NCBI GenBank assembly: GCA_043746355.1
Contig: JAYTRC010000055.1
Span: 34,879-98,878, forward strand
Source: Lacisediminihabitans sp.
GTDB lineage: Bacteria; Actinomycetota; Actinomycetes; Actinomycetales; Microbacteriaceae
Reading direction: 5' to 3'
Length of the DNA: 64,000 nt
Shown in pieces: positions 50,719 through 60,442 of the stretch. Numbering within the stretch: the first letter of the stretch is position 1; each line of letters starts with the position of its first letter. The notes below the pieces were generated by a model that was not told the DNA's origin, did not search any database, and was given only the letters and a program-made list of their open reading frames with translations. Position numbers and translations under genes: made by a program.

Positions 50719-51210
50719 TCAGTCGAAGTCGAGACTCAGCTTCCGGAGCAGAGCTGCGACGCGTTCCTGCTCGGCGCTGTTGAGGGCATCGAGCAGCTCA
50801 GCCTCTGAGACGAGAAGCGTCGAGATCGCGGCATCGACCCTCGACTGCCCCGCCGGTGTCATGGTGACGAGGATGCCTCGGCCGTCGCCCGGGTCAGCCC
50901 GACGTTCGACGAGCTCGCGTTCGACGAGCCGGTCGATGCGGTTGGTCATGGTGCCACTCGACACGAGGGTCTGCTGCAGAAGGGCTTTCGGGCTCAGCTC
51001 GTAAGGTTTGCCCGCACGTCGGAGTGCTGACAGCACGTCGAACTCCCACGATTCGAGCCTGGATGCGGCGAAGGCAGCCCTGCGCGCTCGGTCCAGGTGC
51101 CGCGAGAGCCGATCGACCCGTGACAGGACCTGCAGCGGTTCGAAGTCGAGGTCAGGGCGCTCCCGCTGCCAGGCGCCGACAATCCGGTCGACTTCGTCGT
51201 GTGCTGGCAT
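50719..51210 (-). CDS. MarR-family regulator (TamR-like)
   Basis: DEVDRIVGAWQRERPDLD, EFDVLSALRRAG, SSGTMTNRIDRL..DPGDGRG. Confidence 0.9.
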   Translation of the reverse strand: MPAHDEVDRIVGAWQRERPDLDFEPLQVLSRVDRLSRHLDRARRAAFAASRLESWEFDVLSALRRAGKPYELSPKALLQQTLVSSGTMTNRIDRLVERELVERRADPGDGRGILVTMTPAGQSRVDAAISTLLVSEAELLDALNSAEQERVAALLRKLSLDFD

Positions 51211-51288
51211 GGGTTCCATTATCGCTGGTGGTGCTCGCAGGCTGCAGTCAGCGTTTCTGGCAGACTTGACTGCGCGCTGTGTGCGCAA

Positions 51289-51360
51289 TCCGCCTTGGTG
51301 TAATGGCAGCACGACAGCCTTTGGAGCTGTTAGGTCTAGGTTCGAGTCCTGGAGGCGGAG
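51289..51360 (+). tRNA. tRNA-Gln(UUG)
   Basis: Cloverleaf: acceptor TCCGCCT/AGGCGGA, anticodon stem ACAGC-CTTTGGA-GCTGT, T-loop GGTTCGAGTCC; conserved position before glmU. Confidence 0.97.
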
Positions 51361-51385
51361 CGGGACCGGCCGAAGGTCGGTCCCG
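51361..51385 (+). other. GC-rich hairpin immediately after tRNA-Gln
   Basis: CGGGACCGGCC-GAA-GGTCGGTCCCG; no U-tract, so probably a processing or stability stem in a tRNA-glmU co-transcript. Confidence 0.6.
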
Positions 51386-51406
51386 GGGTCGGAAGGAAAG
51401 AGACAC

Positions 51407-52825
51407 ATGCCAGATCTCGCCGTAGTCATCCTCGCTGCAGGCCAGGGCACGCGCATGCGGTCGCGGAAGCCGAAGATTCTGCACACGATCGCGGGCATCC
51501 CCATGATCTCCCATGTGCTCGCCACCGCTGACGAGCTCGGCGCAACCCACATCGTCACTGTCGTGCGTCACGAACGGGATGCGGTCGCCGCAGTGGTCAG
51601 CGAACAGCTGCCGGGCGTCATCGTCGTCGACCAGGACGACACTCCCGGCACCGGTCGCGCGGTCGAACAGGCCCTTGGCGGCCTGCCCGGAACGTTTGTC
51701 GGCAACATCGTCGTACTGAGTGCCGATGTTCCGCTGCTCGACGCGGCAACCGTGCGCGGCCTGATCGACAGCCACGTGCTCGCAGGCAATGCGCTCACCC
51801 TGCTGAGTGCCCAGCTGGCAAACCCGGCAGGGTTCGGGCGTATCGTTCGCAGCGAGTCCGGAGCCTTCGAATCGATCGTCGAGGAGAAAGACGCGACGGA
51901 CTCCGAGCGCGCCATCACCGAGACCAACGCAGGTGTCTATGTGTTCGACTCCGTTGCGCTCTCCGACGCCCTGAGGCAGATCACGACCGACAACGCGCAG
52001 AAGGAGATGTATCTCACGGACGCCGCTGCCGGAATCCGAGCGTCTGGTGCCGGGATCGAGGCCGTTCCGGTCACCGACTCGTGGCTCGTCGCGGGTATCA
52101 ACGACCGCGCCCAGCTCACCGCAGCTGCAACCGAACTGAACGCGCGCATCGTGCGCGGCTGGCAGCTTGCCGGCGTGACGATCCAGGAGCCAGCCACCAC
52201 GTGGATCGACTTGAGAGCCGTGCTGGCTGAGGACGTCGAACTGCTGCCGAGCACCCGCATCCAGGGTGCGACTGTCATCGAGCGCGGCGCGATAGTCGGG
52301 CCAGACACCACCCTGCTCGACTGCGAAATCGGTGAGGGTGCGGTTGTGAAGCGCACGGATGCCACCCTCGCGGTGATCGGAAAGAACGCGAGTGTCGGCC
52401 CGTTCGCCTACCTGCGCCCCGGCAGCTACCTGGGCGAGGACGGCAAGATCGGGGCCTTCGTCGAGACGAAGAACTCGAAAATCGGGCGGGGCTCCAAAGT
52501 GCCGCATCTCAGCTACATCGGCGACACCACTGTCGGCGAGGGATCGAACATCGGTGCCGGCACGATCACTGCGAATTACGACGGCGTGAACAAGCACGCG
52601 ACCGTCGTCGGCTCGCATGTGCGCACCGCGTCGCACAACGTGTTCGTCGCCCCGGTTAGTATCGGTGATGGAGCATATACCGGTGCCGGAACGGTCGTCC
52701 GCAAAGACGTGCCAGCTGGCGCACTCGCCGTGAATGTAGCTCCGCAGCGCACTATTCTGGGCTGGGTCGAAGAGAAGCGTCCGGGCACTGCCGCCGCCAT
52801 AGCAGCAGCTTCCGCAGACGAATAG
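51407..52825 (+). CDS. glmU: Bifunctional UDP-GlcNAc pyrophosphorylase/acetyltransferase
   Basis: LAAGQGTRMRS, GTGRAV, hexapeptide repeats, KVPHLSYIGD, GAGTITANYDG. Confidence 0.96.
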   Translation: MPDLAVVILAAGQGTRMRSRKPKILHTIAGIPMISHVLATADELGATHIVTVVRHERDAVAAVVSEQLPGVIVVDQDDTPGTGRAVEQALGGLPGTFVGNIVVLSADVPLLDAATVRGLIDSHVLAGNALTLLSAQLANPAGFGRIVRSESGAFESIVEEKDATDSERAITETNAGVYVFDSVALSDALRQITTDNAQKEMYLTDAAAGIRASGAGIEAVPVTDSWLVAGINDRAQLTAAATELNARIVRGWQLAGVTIQEPATTWIDLRAVLAEDVELLPSTRIQGATVIERGAIVGPDTTLLDCEIGEGAVVKRTDATLAVIGKNASVGPFAYLRPGSYLGEDGKIGAFVETKNSKIGRGSKVPHLSYIGDTTVGEGSNIGAGTITANYDGVNKHATVVGSHVRTASHNVFVAPVSIGDGAYTGAGTVVRKDVPAGALAVNVAPQRTILGWVEEKRPGTAAAIAAASADE

Positions 52826-52837
52826 AAAGCGAGCACT

Positions 52838-53815
52838 GTGACCGAGATCACCGCCAGCGGAAAGAAGCGGTTGGTGATCGTGTCTGGCAGGGCCCACCCG
52901 CAGCTCGCGATCGACATCGCCGAAGAACTCGGTGCAGACCTCGTTCACACAGACGCGAGAACCTTCGCCTCGAGCGAGGTCTACGCCCGCTATGACGAGA
53001 GCGTGCGGGGTTCGGATGCCTTCGTCATCCAGTCGCATACCCGCCCGATCAACGAGTGGCTCATGGAGCAGCTCATCATGGTCGATGCGATGAAGCGGGC
53101 ATCCGCAAAGCGCATCACGGTGGTGGCTCCGTACTATCCCTATGCCCGCCAAGACAAGAAGGGCCGCGGTCGCGAGCCGATCTCTGCCCGTCTCGTCGCA
53201 GACCTCTTCAAAGAAGCGGGAGCCGACCGCATCATGAGCGTCGACCTGCACGCCGCGCAGATCCAAGGTTTTTTCGACGGCCCGGTCGACCACCTGTTCG
53301 CGATGCCCGTTCTGCTCAAGCACTTCCAGGAGCGTCTCGACCCCGCAACCCTCACCGTCGTCAGCCCCGACATGGGGCGCGTCAAGGTGGCGGATGTCTG
53401 GAGCGACAAGCTCGGCGTGCCGCTCGCGATCATCCACAAACGCCGCGACCCGCTGGTTGCCAACCAGATCACCGTGCACGAGATCGTGGGTGAGGTGAAG
53501 GGTCGGGTCTGCCTGCTGGTGGATGACCTCATCGACACCGGCTCGACCATCGTCAAAGCGTCGGAGGCCCTCAAGGCTGCCGGCGCGCTGGGGGTCGTTG
53601 TCGCTGCGACGCACGCCGTGTTCTCCGACCCGGCCACCGAGATCCTGCAGAGTCCGTTCATCGATTCGGTCGTGGTGACCGACACCCTCCCCATTCCGAT
53701 GGAGAAGCGCTTCCCGACCCTCACCATCCTGCCGATCGCACCGCTCATCGCGAGTGCGATCCACGAGGTGTTCAGCGACGGTTCGGTGACCTCGATGTTC
53801 GACGGCGCCGCCTGA
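52838..53815 (+). CDS. prs: Ribose-phosphate pyrophosphokinase
   Basis: YYPYARQDKK, DLHAAQIQGFF, VSPDMG, LVDDLIDTGST. Confidence 0.96.
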   Translation: MTEITASGKKRLVIVSGRAHPQLAIDIAEELGADLVHTDARTFASSEVYARYDESVRGSDAFVIQSHTRPINEWLMEQLIMVDAMKRASAKRITVVAPYYPYARQDKKGRGREPISARLVADLFKEAGADRIMSVDLHAAQIQGFFDGPVDHLFAMPVLLKHFQERLDPATLTVVSPDMGRVKVADVWSDKLGVPLAIIHKRRDPLVANQITVHEIVGEVKGRVCLLVDDLIDTGSTIVKASEALKAAGALGVVVAATHAVFSDPATEILQSPFIDSVVVTDTLPIPMEKRFPTLTILPIAPLIASAIHEVFSDGSVTSMFDGAA

Positions 53816-55530
53816 TGGCCGAAGACACCTTCGCCCCGCCGCGCCCCTGGATCAAGTCGTATGCGAAGGGCGTTCCCGACGTCATCGACCTGCCGTCCGG
53901 GTCGCTCTTCGACCTGGTCGAGTCGTCGGTGAAGGAGTACGCCGACAACGTCGCCCTCGAGTTCTTCGGGCGCGAGACCACCTACCAGCAGATGGGCCAA
54001 CAGATCCTTCGCGCGGCAGAGGGCCTTCGAGTGCTCGGTGTGCAGAAGGGCGACACCGTTGCCCTGGTGCTTCCGAACTGTCCGCAGCACATCGTCGCCT
54101 TCTACGCTGCGCTCCGCCTCGGTGCGATCGTCATCGAGCACAACCCGCTCTACACGCCGCGGGAGCTGCGCCACCAGTTCGAAGACCACGGCGCGAAAGT
54201 AGCCATCGTCTGGAACAACGTGGTCGAGACAGTACAGGCCTTCCCCGACGATGTGAAGGTCGAGCACCTCATCTCGATCGACGTCACCCGCGCTATGCCG
54301 TTCGGCGCGAGGGCGCTGCTGCGCCTGCCGATCGCCCGGGCGCGCGAGTCGCGCGAGGCCCTCACCACGAAGGTTCGCGACACGATTACGTGGGAGAAGC
54401 TGCTCGAGAACGAGCCGCTCGACGACCACATTTTCAGACCGGACGCCGCGGATGTCGCCCTCATCCAGTACACCTCGGGCACGACCGGTGCGCCTAAGGG
54501 CGCAACACTCACCCACCTGAACCTCAACACGAACGCTGCCCAGGCCAGAGCCTGGGTGCCCACGGTCAAGCGCGGCACCTCCGTCGTCTATGCGGTGCTG
54601 CCGATGTTCCACGCATACGGGCTCACCCTCTGCCTTACCTTCGCAATGAGCATGGGTGCGCGCCTGGTGCTGTTCCCCAAGTTCGATCCAGACCTCGTTC
54701 TCCCTGTGGTGAAAAGACACCCTGCGACATTTCTGCCAGCCGTGCCACCGATCTATGAGCGGCTGATGGCGGGGGCGAAGGAGAAGGGCGTTTCGCTGAA
54801 GGGCATCGAGATCGCTATCTCGGGTGCGATGCCGCTCTCGGCTTCGGTCGTCGAGCCCTGGGAGGCGGAGTCTGGCGGATACCTCGTCGAAGGCTACGGG
54901 CTCTCTGAGACCTCCCCGGTGCTGATGGCGAACCCGGTCGGGCCATCTCGCGTTGCCGGAACCGTCGGACTCCCGCTTCCGAACACCGAGATTCGGGTCG
55001 TCGATCCTGAGAACCCGACAGTCGACCGCACACCGGGTGACGAGGGTGAGCTGATCGTTCGCGGCCCACAGGTGTTCAGCGGCTACTGGAAGAAGCCGGA
55101 GGAGACCGCGGCGGTGTTCGTCGAAGCCTCTGACGAAGGCCTTCCATGGTTTCGCACCGGCGATATCGTCACGGTCGACCCGAAGGGTTTCGTGCGAATC
55201 GTCGACCGCATCAAAGAGCTCATCATCACCGGAGGCTTCAACGTTGCTCCGAGTGAGGTCGAAGACACCATCAAGGGGCATCCGGATGTCGCGGATGTCG
55301 CCGTGATCGGGCTCCCGAGCGACCATAGCGGCGAAGATGTCGTGGCCGCCGTCGTGTTGAAGCCCGGCAGGTCGCTGGATGAGGCGTCGATCCGCGACCT
55401 CGCTCGCGCGAACCTCGCTGCTTATAAGGTGCCGAAGAGAGTCGTCGCGGTGGATGAGTTGCCCAAATCGCTCATCGGCAAGGTGCTGCGCAAACAGGTG
55501 AGGGACGACCTGACCGCCAAAGCGGATTGA
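53815..55530 (+). CDS. Long-chain fatty acid-CoA ligase
   Basis: YTSGTTGAPKG, EGYGLSETSP, WFRTGD, GKVLRKQV; TGATG overlap with prs. Confidence 0.92.
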   Translation: MAEDTFAPPRPWIKSYAKGVPDVIDLPSGSLFDLVESSVKEYADNVALEFFGRETTYQQMGQQILRAAEGLRVLGVQKGDTVALVLPNCPQHIVAFYAALRLGAIVIEHNPLYTPRELRHQFEDHGAKVAIVWNNVVETVQAFPDDVKVEHLISIDVTRAMPFGARALLRLPIARARESREALTTKVRDTITWEKLLENEPLDDHIFRPDAADVALIQYTSGTTGAPKGATLTHLNLNTNAAQARAWVPTVKRGTSVVYAVLPMFHAYGLTLCLTFAMSMGARLVLFPKFDPDLVLPVVKRHPATFLPAVPPIYERLMAGAKEKGVSLKGIEIAISGAMPLSASVVEPWEAESGGYLVEGYGLSETSPVLMANPVGPSRVAGTVGLPLPNTEIRVVDPENPTVDRTPGDEGELIVRGPQVFSGYWKKPEETAAVFVEASDEGLPWFRTGDIVTVDPKGFVRIVDRIKELIITGGFNVAPSEVEDTIKGHPDVADVAVIGLPSDHSGEDVVAAVVLKPGRSLDEASIRDLARANLAAYKVPKRVVAVDELPKSLIGKVLRKQVRDDLTAKAD

Positions 55531-55596
55531 GCTCGTGCAAATACCACCAGTAAATTGCGGGGGTGAGGTCTCGACACGCTCGACCCGCCTGCGGCG

Positions 55597-55971
55597 CTAG
55601 CTGTTGGTCGCCGGCTTCGGCACCGGGGCCAGTCTTGGCGAGATCGGAATGAGTCCGAGAGAGGCCACGTGTTTGTCGCCGCCGAAAACGCCCGTCGCGT
55701 AGCATTCCCACCCGACTCCGCCTGCGCCCATGATCTCGAACCGGGCGCTCTCTCCGGTCGCGCCAGGGGCCTCGTACTTCACCCAGGCGTCACACGCTGA
55801 CTGTGCGGTCGACGACGCGACGGACCAGGTGGTGAGGATGCCCGGCAGCACGAGGCAGGCGATGCCGACCACCACGACGATGCGCATGGCGAGCAGCATC
55901 CGTCGACGACGCGGAACACCCTCGGTCGGCACGTAGCCGGCGAGTTCCGGTTCGATCTCGTACTCGTCCAT
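55597..55971 (-). CDS. Small single-TM hypothetical protein
   Basis: EPELAGYVP..RR-TM-LVLPGI..C..GWECY..LGLIP. Confidence 0.6.
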   Translation of the reverse strand: MDEYEIEPELAGYVPTEGVPRRRRMLLAMRIVVVVGIACLVLPGILTTWSVASSTAQSACDAWVKYEAPGATGESARFEIMGAGGVGWECYATGVFGGDKHVASLGLIPISPRLAPVPKPATNS

Positions 55972-56067
55972 GGGAGTCGATTCTTCCACGGACGAGCGCA
56001 CCTCGACCTCTCGATTCAGTGACGCAGCGTTACTTCTTCAGGCGTGTCACTGCTCTAGACCCCCGTG

Positions 56068-57285
56068 TCACTTCACACGGAGTGCCCGACGACCGTGGCC
56101 GGCGCGGGCGCGCATCCCGAAGACACAGGCTCCCACTCCGAGGGCGATCAGGATGCTCCCGCTTGCGACGAGTGGTGTCGGGTCGGTTCCCGTTATTGCG
56201 AGAGCGTTGAGAACGGCGAGCCGGTACGTCGTTGTCGCCGTCGTGCCCGAACCGTTGGAGGCGGAGAGCGCGAACGTTGTGAGCTGGGTCGAGGTCGGTG
56301 TGCCCGAGATCGTTCCGGTTGTCGAGTTGAGCGTCAGCCCGGTTGGGAGCGCCCCAGAGTTGACGGTGACCGTTGGGGCGGGGCTTCCTGCCATCACAAT
56401 CGCTGCCCGATACGGGCGGTTGACGGTCGCGGTCGGCAGCGTCTGGGTGGTGAAAGTCGGCGCGGTTGTGGTGGTCGTGCCTGTGCTGACTGTTCCGCCG
56501 GTGCTGCCAGATCCGCTCGAGCCTCCGGTGCCTCCGGTGCCGCCCGAGCCGCCAGAGGTAGCGCAGTTCGTCGGCGGGGTGATGACATTGCTGTCGAGAG
56601 TGACCGAGCCGTTTTGGGCGAGCAGTCGCCCCTGCACGGTTGCGCTGGTGCCTGCAGAGATCGACTGGTGAGCCATGACGGTGCCGACGAATGCCGACCC
56701 CGAATCGAGCGTTGCAGATGAACCGACCTGCCAGTAGACATTGCACGCGCTCGCCTGGCCGATCAGGGTGATCGAGCTGCCCGTCGCGGCAGTGAGCGAG
56801 CTGCCGGTCTGAAAGACCCAGGTGGCGTTCGGATCCCCCGCTCCATTGAGCGTGAGATTGCCCGACAACTGCAGCGAACTCGTGGCGTTGTAGACCCCCG
56901 GCGTCAGGTTCAGCCCGGTGAGGTCCTGTGGCACCGAGGTCGACGTGAGTCCGGCGGCCGTTGTGTATGCCGTCCCCAGATCGTTCTGCGCCTGCAGCGC
57001 CGCGGCATCAGCGGCATGCACCTGCCCGCTGTGGGTAACACTCGACAGCCCGGTGATCGACGAGAGGTTGCCGGGGCTCAACCCGATATCCCCGTTTATT
57101 GTCGTTGGACCGGTGTTCGAGATCGAGATCGCAGCGAGCACCCCGTAGGTGCTCGCAGTGCCGAGATCGACTGGCCCCCCTGCGGCTGCTGCCGGCAGCG
57201 CAGCGGAAAGTGCGACTGCCGCTGCACTGCCCAGAGCAACAAACAGTGTCACGCGGCGTGCACGATGGTTCAAAAAAATGCCCAC
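56068..57285 (-). CDS. Secreted ice-binding (DUF3494) protein with Ig-like domain and LAxTG wall-sorting signal
   Basis: Signal peptide; [60 protein letters not shown]; Gly/Thr linker; He_PIG-like [18 protein letters not shown]; LAITG + TM + basic tail. Confidence 0.88.
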   Translation of the reverse strand: MGIFLNHRARRVTLFVALGSAAAVALSAALPAAAAGGPVDLGTASTYGVLAAISISNTGPTTINGDIGLSPGNLSSITGLSSVTHSGQVHAADAAALQAQNDLGTAYTTAAGLTSTSVPQDLTGLNLTPGVYNATSSLQLSGNLTLNGAGDPNATWVFQTGSSLTAATGSSITLIGQASACNVYWQVGSSATLDSGSAFVGTVMAHQSISAGTSATVQGRLLAQNGSVTLDSNVITPPTNCATSGGSGGTGGTGGSSGSGSTGGTVSTGTTTTTAPTFTTQTLPTATVNRPYRAAIVMAGSPAPTVTVNSGALPTGLTLNSTTGTISGTPTSTQLTTFALSASNGSGTTATTTYRLAVLNALAITGTDPTPLVASGSILIALGVGACVFGMRARAGHGRRALRVK

Positions 57286-57432
57286 GATTATCCCCCAGAA
57301 AAGGAGAACCCCGTAATGCCGGGTGTGGGATCTCAGTATTTCTTGTCATCCTAGAATTCGCGAGGAAAAGGCGGTAGGGGGTTGACTTCTAGCTGATATA
57401 CCGGTTTGAAAATTCTCAATAGGGAGCAAACT

Positions 57433-58884
57433 TTAGTGCGAGGAACCCTCTGATTCGATCTCGGTGCGGTCGCCGCTCCACAGGGTGTGGAACGTTCCTT
57501 CCTTGTCGACGCGCTTGTAGGTGTGCGCGCCGAAGAAGTCGCGCAATCCCTGGGTGAGCGCTGCCGGCAGTCGGTCGGCTCGAAGGCCGTCGTAGTACGA
57601 CAGCGACGACGAGAATGCGGGGGAGGGGATGCCGGCGGTCGCGGCGGTGGAGACGACCCGACGCCATGACACCTGCGCGCCCGCGATCGCGTCGCGGAAA
57701 TACGGGGCGGTCAGCAGCGCGACCAGGCCGGGCTCTGCCGCGTACGCCTCGGTGATCCGGTTGAGAAACTGGGCGCGGATGATGCAGCCACCGCGCCAGA
57801 TCTTCGCGATGTCGCCCTTGTGGATGTCCCAGTTGTAGTGCTCGGCACCGGCGACGATCTCGTCGAAGCCCTGTGAGTACGCGATGATCTTCGACGCGTA
57901 GAGGGCGAGCCGAACATCCTCGATGAAGGTTTCAGGATCATCCACCGTCCACGCCTCGGCCGGGCCGGGCAGATCGGATGCCGCAGCGCGCTGGGCGGGC
58001 TTCGATGACAGCGAGCGAGCGAAGACAGCCTCGGCGATTCCGGAGACCGGGATGCCGAGATCCAGCGCCGTCTGCACAGTCCAGGCTCCCGTGCCTTTCG
58101 CACCAGCCTGGTCGACTATGACGTCGACCAGAGGTTTGCCGGTCGACGCGTCAACCTGCCTGAGCACCTCGGCGGTGATCTCGATGAGGTACGACTCGAG
58201 CTCGGTCGTGTTCCAGGCAGTGAAGATGTCCGCGATTTCGGCCGGCGACTTCGCCGTGCCACGGCGAATGAGGTCATATGCCTCGCCGATGAGCTGCATG
58301 TCGGCGTACTCGATACCGTTGTGGATCATTTTGACGAAGTGCCCGGCGCCGTCATGGCCGACGTGGGTGACGCAAGGCTCTCCCTCGGCGACTGCCGCAA
58401 TCGACTTGAGGATCGGGCCGAGGGTAACCCAGGATTCGTCTGACCCGCCTGGCATGATCGATGGACCGAGCAGCGCGCCCTCCTCGCCACCTGAGATTCC
58501 GGCGCCGACGAAGTTGATGCCGGTGTCGCGCACTGCCTTCTCGCGGCGGATCGTGTCTGTGAACAGGGCGTTACCGCCATCCACGATGATGTCGCCGGGT
58601 TCGAACACTTTAGTCAGCTCGTCGATGACGGCGTCTGTGCCGCGACCGGCCTGCACCATGATGATCGCAGTGCGCGGCTTCGACAGCGATGCCGCGAATT
58701 CGTCGTAGCTTGCCGTGCCGACGAACTTTGCTTCAGGATGCTCAGACAGCAGGGTGTCGGTCTTCTCGTGTGAGCGATTGAAAACTGCAACTGTATTGCC
58801 CTCGCGGCTGGCCAGGTTTCGCGCCAGGTTCGAGCCCATGACGGCGAGGCCGACCACTCCGATGTTTGCGACTGCGTCGACCAC
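57433..58884 (-). CDS. gndA: NADP-dependent 6-phosphogluconate dehydrogenase
   Basis: GLAVMG, VDGGN, GISGGEEGA, VKMIHNGIEY, IWRGGCIIRA, RDFFGAHTY. Confidence 0.96.
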   Translation of the reverse strand: MVDAVANIGVVGLAVMGSNLARNLASREGNTVAVFNRSHEKTDTLLSEHPEAKFVGTASYDEFAASLSKPRTAIIMVQAGRGTDAVIDELTKVFEPGDIIVDGGNALFTDTIRREKAVRDTGINFVGAGISGGEEGALLGPSIMPGGSDESWVTLGPILKSIAAVAEGEPCVTHVGHDGAGHFVKMIHNGIEYADMQLIGEAYDLIRRGTAKSPAEIADIFTAWNTTELESYLIEITAEVLRQVDASTGKPLVDVIVDQAGAKGTGAWTVQTALDLGIPVSGIAEAVFARSLSSKPAQRAAASDLPGPAEAWTVDDPETFIEDVRLALYASKIIAYSQGFDEIVAGAEHYNWDIHKGDIAKIWRGGCIIRAQFLNRITEAYAAEPGLVALLTAPYFRDAIAGAQVSWRRVVSTAATAGIPSPAFSSSLSYYDGLRADRLPAALTQGLRDFFGAHTYKRVDKEGTFHTLWSGDRTEIESEGSSH

Positions 58885-58968
58885 TTGCGCTCCCTGTTAG
58901 TGTGCTGGCTCCCTGTTGGTATGCCGACTTAACAGGCTACCGGGTTCCCTCGGGGCTATTCTGGGCGC

Positions 58969-59481
58969 ATGCCAGCGACCCATCCGCTCATCGTCGTGAT
59001 GGGGGTGAGTGGATCGGGTAAAACCACGATCGGCCAGCTGCTGGGCCTCCGGCTCGGCATACCGTTCGAAGATGCTGACTCGTTGCACCCCCCGGCCAAT
59101 GTCGCGAAAATGGCGGCCGGGCATCCGCTCACCGACGCCGACCGCTGGCCCTGGCTTGCCACGGTCGGGGCCGTGCTCGCCTCGGCAGAACCGACCGGGC
59201 TGGTAATGGCATGCTCCGCGCTCAAGCGCAGTTACCGCGACGCAATCCGTGCTGCGGCTCCGGTGGCGAGATTCGTCGATCTCGAGGGCTCCAGAGCGCT
59301 GCTCGAGTCGCGGGTCGCACACCGCCGCGGGCACTTCATGCCCGCAGCACTGCTCGACTCCCAGCTCGCCGCGCTCGAGCCGCTCGCAGCCGATGAGCCG
59401 GGCATCCGCGTCGACCTCGACAGCCACTCGACTCCAGACTCCGTTATCGAAGCAGTAGCCACACTGAAGGAGTTCGCATGA
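58969..59481 (+). CDS. gntK: Gluconokinase
   Basis: MGVSGSGKTT, DADSLHPPANVAKM, LTDADRWPW, CSALKRSYRD, HFMPAALLDSQ. Confidence 0.93.
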   Translation: MPATHPLIVVMGVSGSGKTTIGQLLGLRLGIPFEDADSLHPPANVAKMAAGHPLTDADRWPWLATVGAVLASAEPTGLVMACSALKRSYRDAIRAAAPVARFVDLEGSRALLESRVAHRRGHFMPAALLDSQLAALEPLAADEPGIRVDLDSHSTPDSVIEAVATLKEFA

Positions 59482-60272
59482 AGGTCTTTCGCCCCCTCTT
59501 CGGCGTCGTCACGGCGATCGTGCTGGTTCCGCTCGGCTTCGGACTGATCTGGTTCGGTAACGGCGAGCTACCGCTCAATCACACCTCGGGTGTGCTGCTC
59601 ATCATTGTCGGGATCGCGCTTCTGCTGATGGTCGTCCAGACCGGGCATGTCTCGTCGTCCGGCCTCATTCTCGCCGGTGTCGTCGTCACCATCTTCGGGG
59701 GTGCAGCATTTCTCATGCCCGGTGTCGAGCACAGCGCGGTCACCTTCTTCACAGCGGTGTCACCCCAGATTGCGAAGAGCGCGGGCCAGTGGATCGTATT
59801 CGCCTTCGTCTTCGCGCTCGGGGTCGTGTTTCTCGGCGCCGCCGTCGCCACCTGGTTCGCGCATCGCCCGACCGAGCGGTCATCGTCCCCGACCCTTCGC
59901 GGGTTCATCTCCGTCATTCTCGCGCTGGTCGGCACTCTGGTCGGGTTCGGTTTCATCACCCGCACCGACCAGCAGCTCGTCGTGCTCGGGGCCTTGATCC
60001 TCGGGGCGACGCTGGTCACCGGCATGATCTCGTCAGTCGGGCTGTTTCTCAGCGGCGCGATCGTTTTCATCATCGGCATCCTTTCCCTGGCCTTCGATCC
60101 CGTTGCCCTCTCCATTGCGCGGTCGCAGGTCGTCGGCGGCAACGGTATGGAGGTCGGTGCCCAGGCTGCACTGCAGCTGGGATTCATGGCTGCCGTGGGT
60201 GCGATCTGCCTCGCCACCGCGGTGGTGACCAGGGCGGCACACGAGCGAGCACTCCGTCGTGCGGGTGTGTAA
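59478..60272 (+). CDS. Hypothetical polytopic membrane protein (two similar halves)
   Basis: About 8 TM; halves share the pattern TG(H/M)(V/I)SS.GL.L.G; ATGA overlap with gntK. Confidence 0.65.
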   Translation: MKVFRPLFGVVTAIVLVPLGFGLIWFGNGELPLNHTSGVLLIIVGIALLLMVVQTGHVSSSGLILAGVVVTIFGGAAFLMPGVEHSAVTFFTAVSPQIAKSAGQWIVFAFVFALGVVFLGAAVATWFAHRPTERSSSPTLRGFISVILALVGTLVGFGFITRTDQQLVVLGALILGATLVTGMISSVGLFLSGAIVFIIGILSLAFDPVALSIARSQVVGGNGMEVGAQAALQLGFMAAVGAICLATAVVTRAAHERALRRAGV

Positions 60273-60306
60273 GCGTGTGCGGGGTTGTGTAAGCTAGCGC
60301 AGTACT

Positions 60307-60342
60307 TCGGCGAGGGATGTCGTTACAGGCATCCGTAATCGA
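60307..60342 (+). promoter_or_regulatory. Candidate rplY 5'-leader hairpin with a loop-E-like internal loop
   Basis: TCG-[GCGAG]-GGATG-loop-CATCC-[GTAAT]-CGA downstream of an extended -10 (TGTGTAAGCT, 60286-95). Confidence 0.4.
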
Positions 60343-60442
60343 CGCGGTGGAGCAGGCTTCGCAAAGTCTTTCCTCACGCTGATGCGTTCGAGTTGAATTC
60401 CCAATCTATTGCGGGCCAGCCGCCCGCCGGAAAGTTGCCATC

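Noticed and set aside
51289-51406. Prophage or island integrated at tRNA-Gln
   Set aside because: No integrase or duplicated tRNA 3' end; glmU follows directly in the conserved arrangement.
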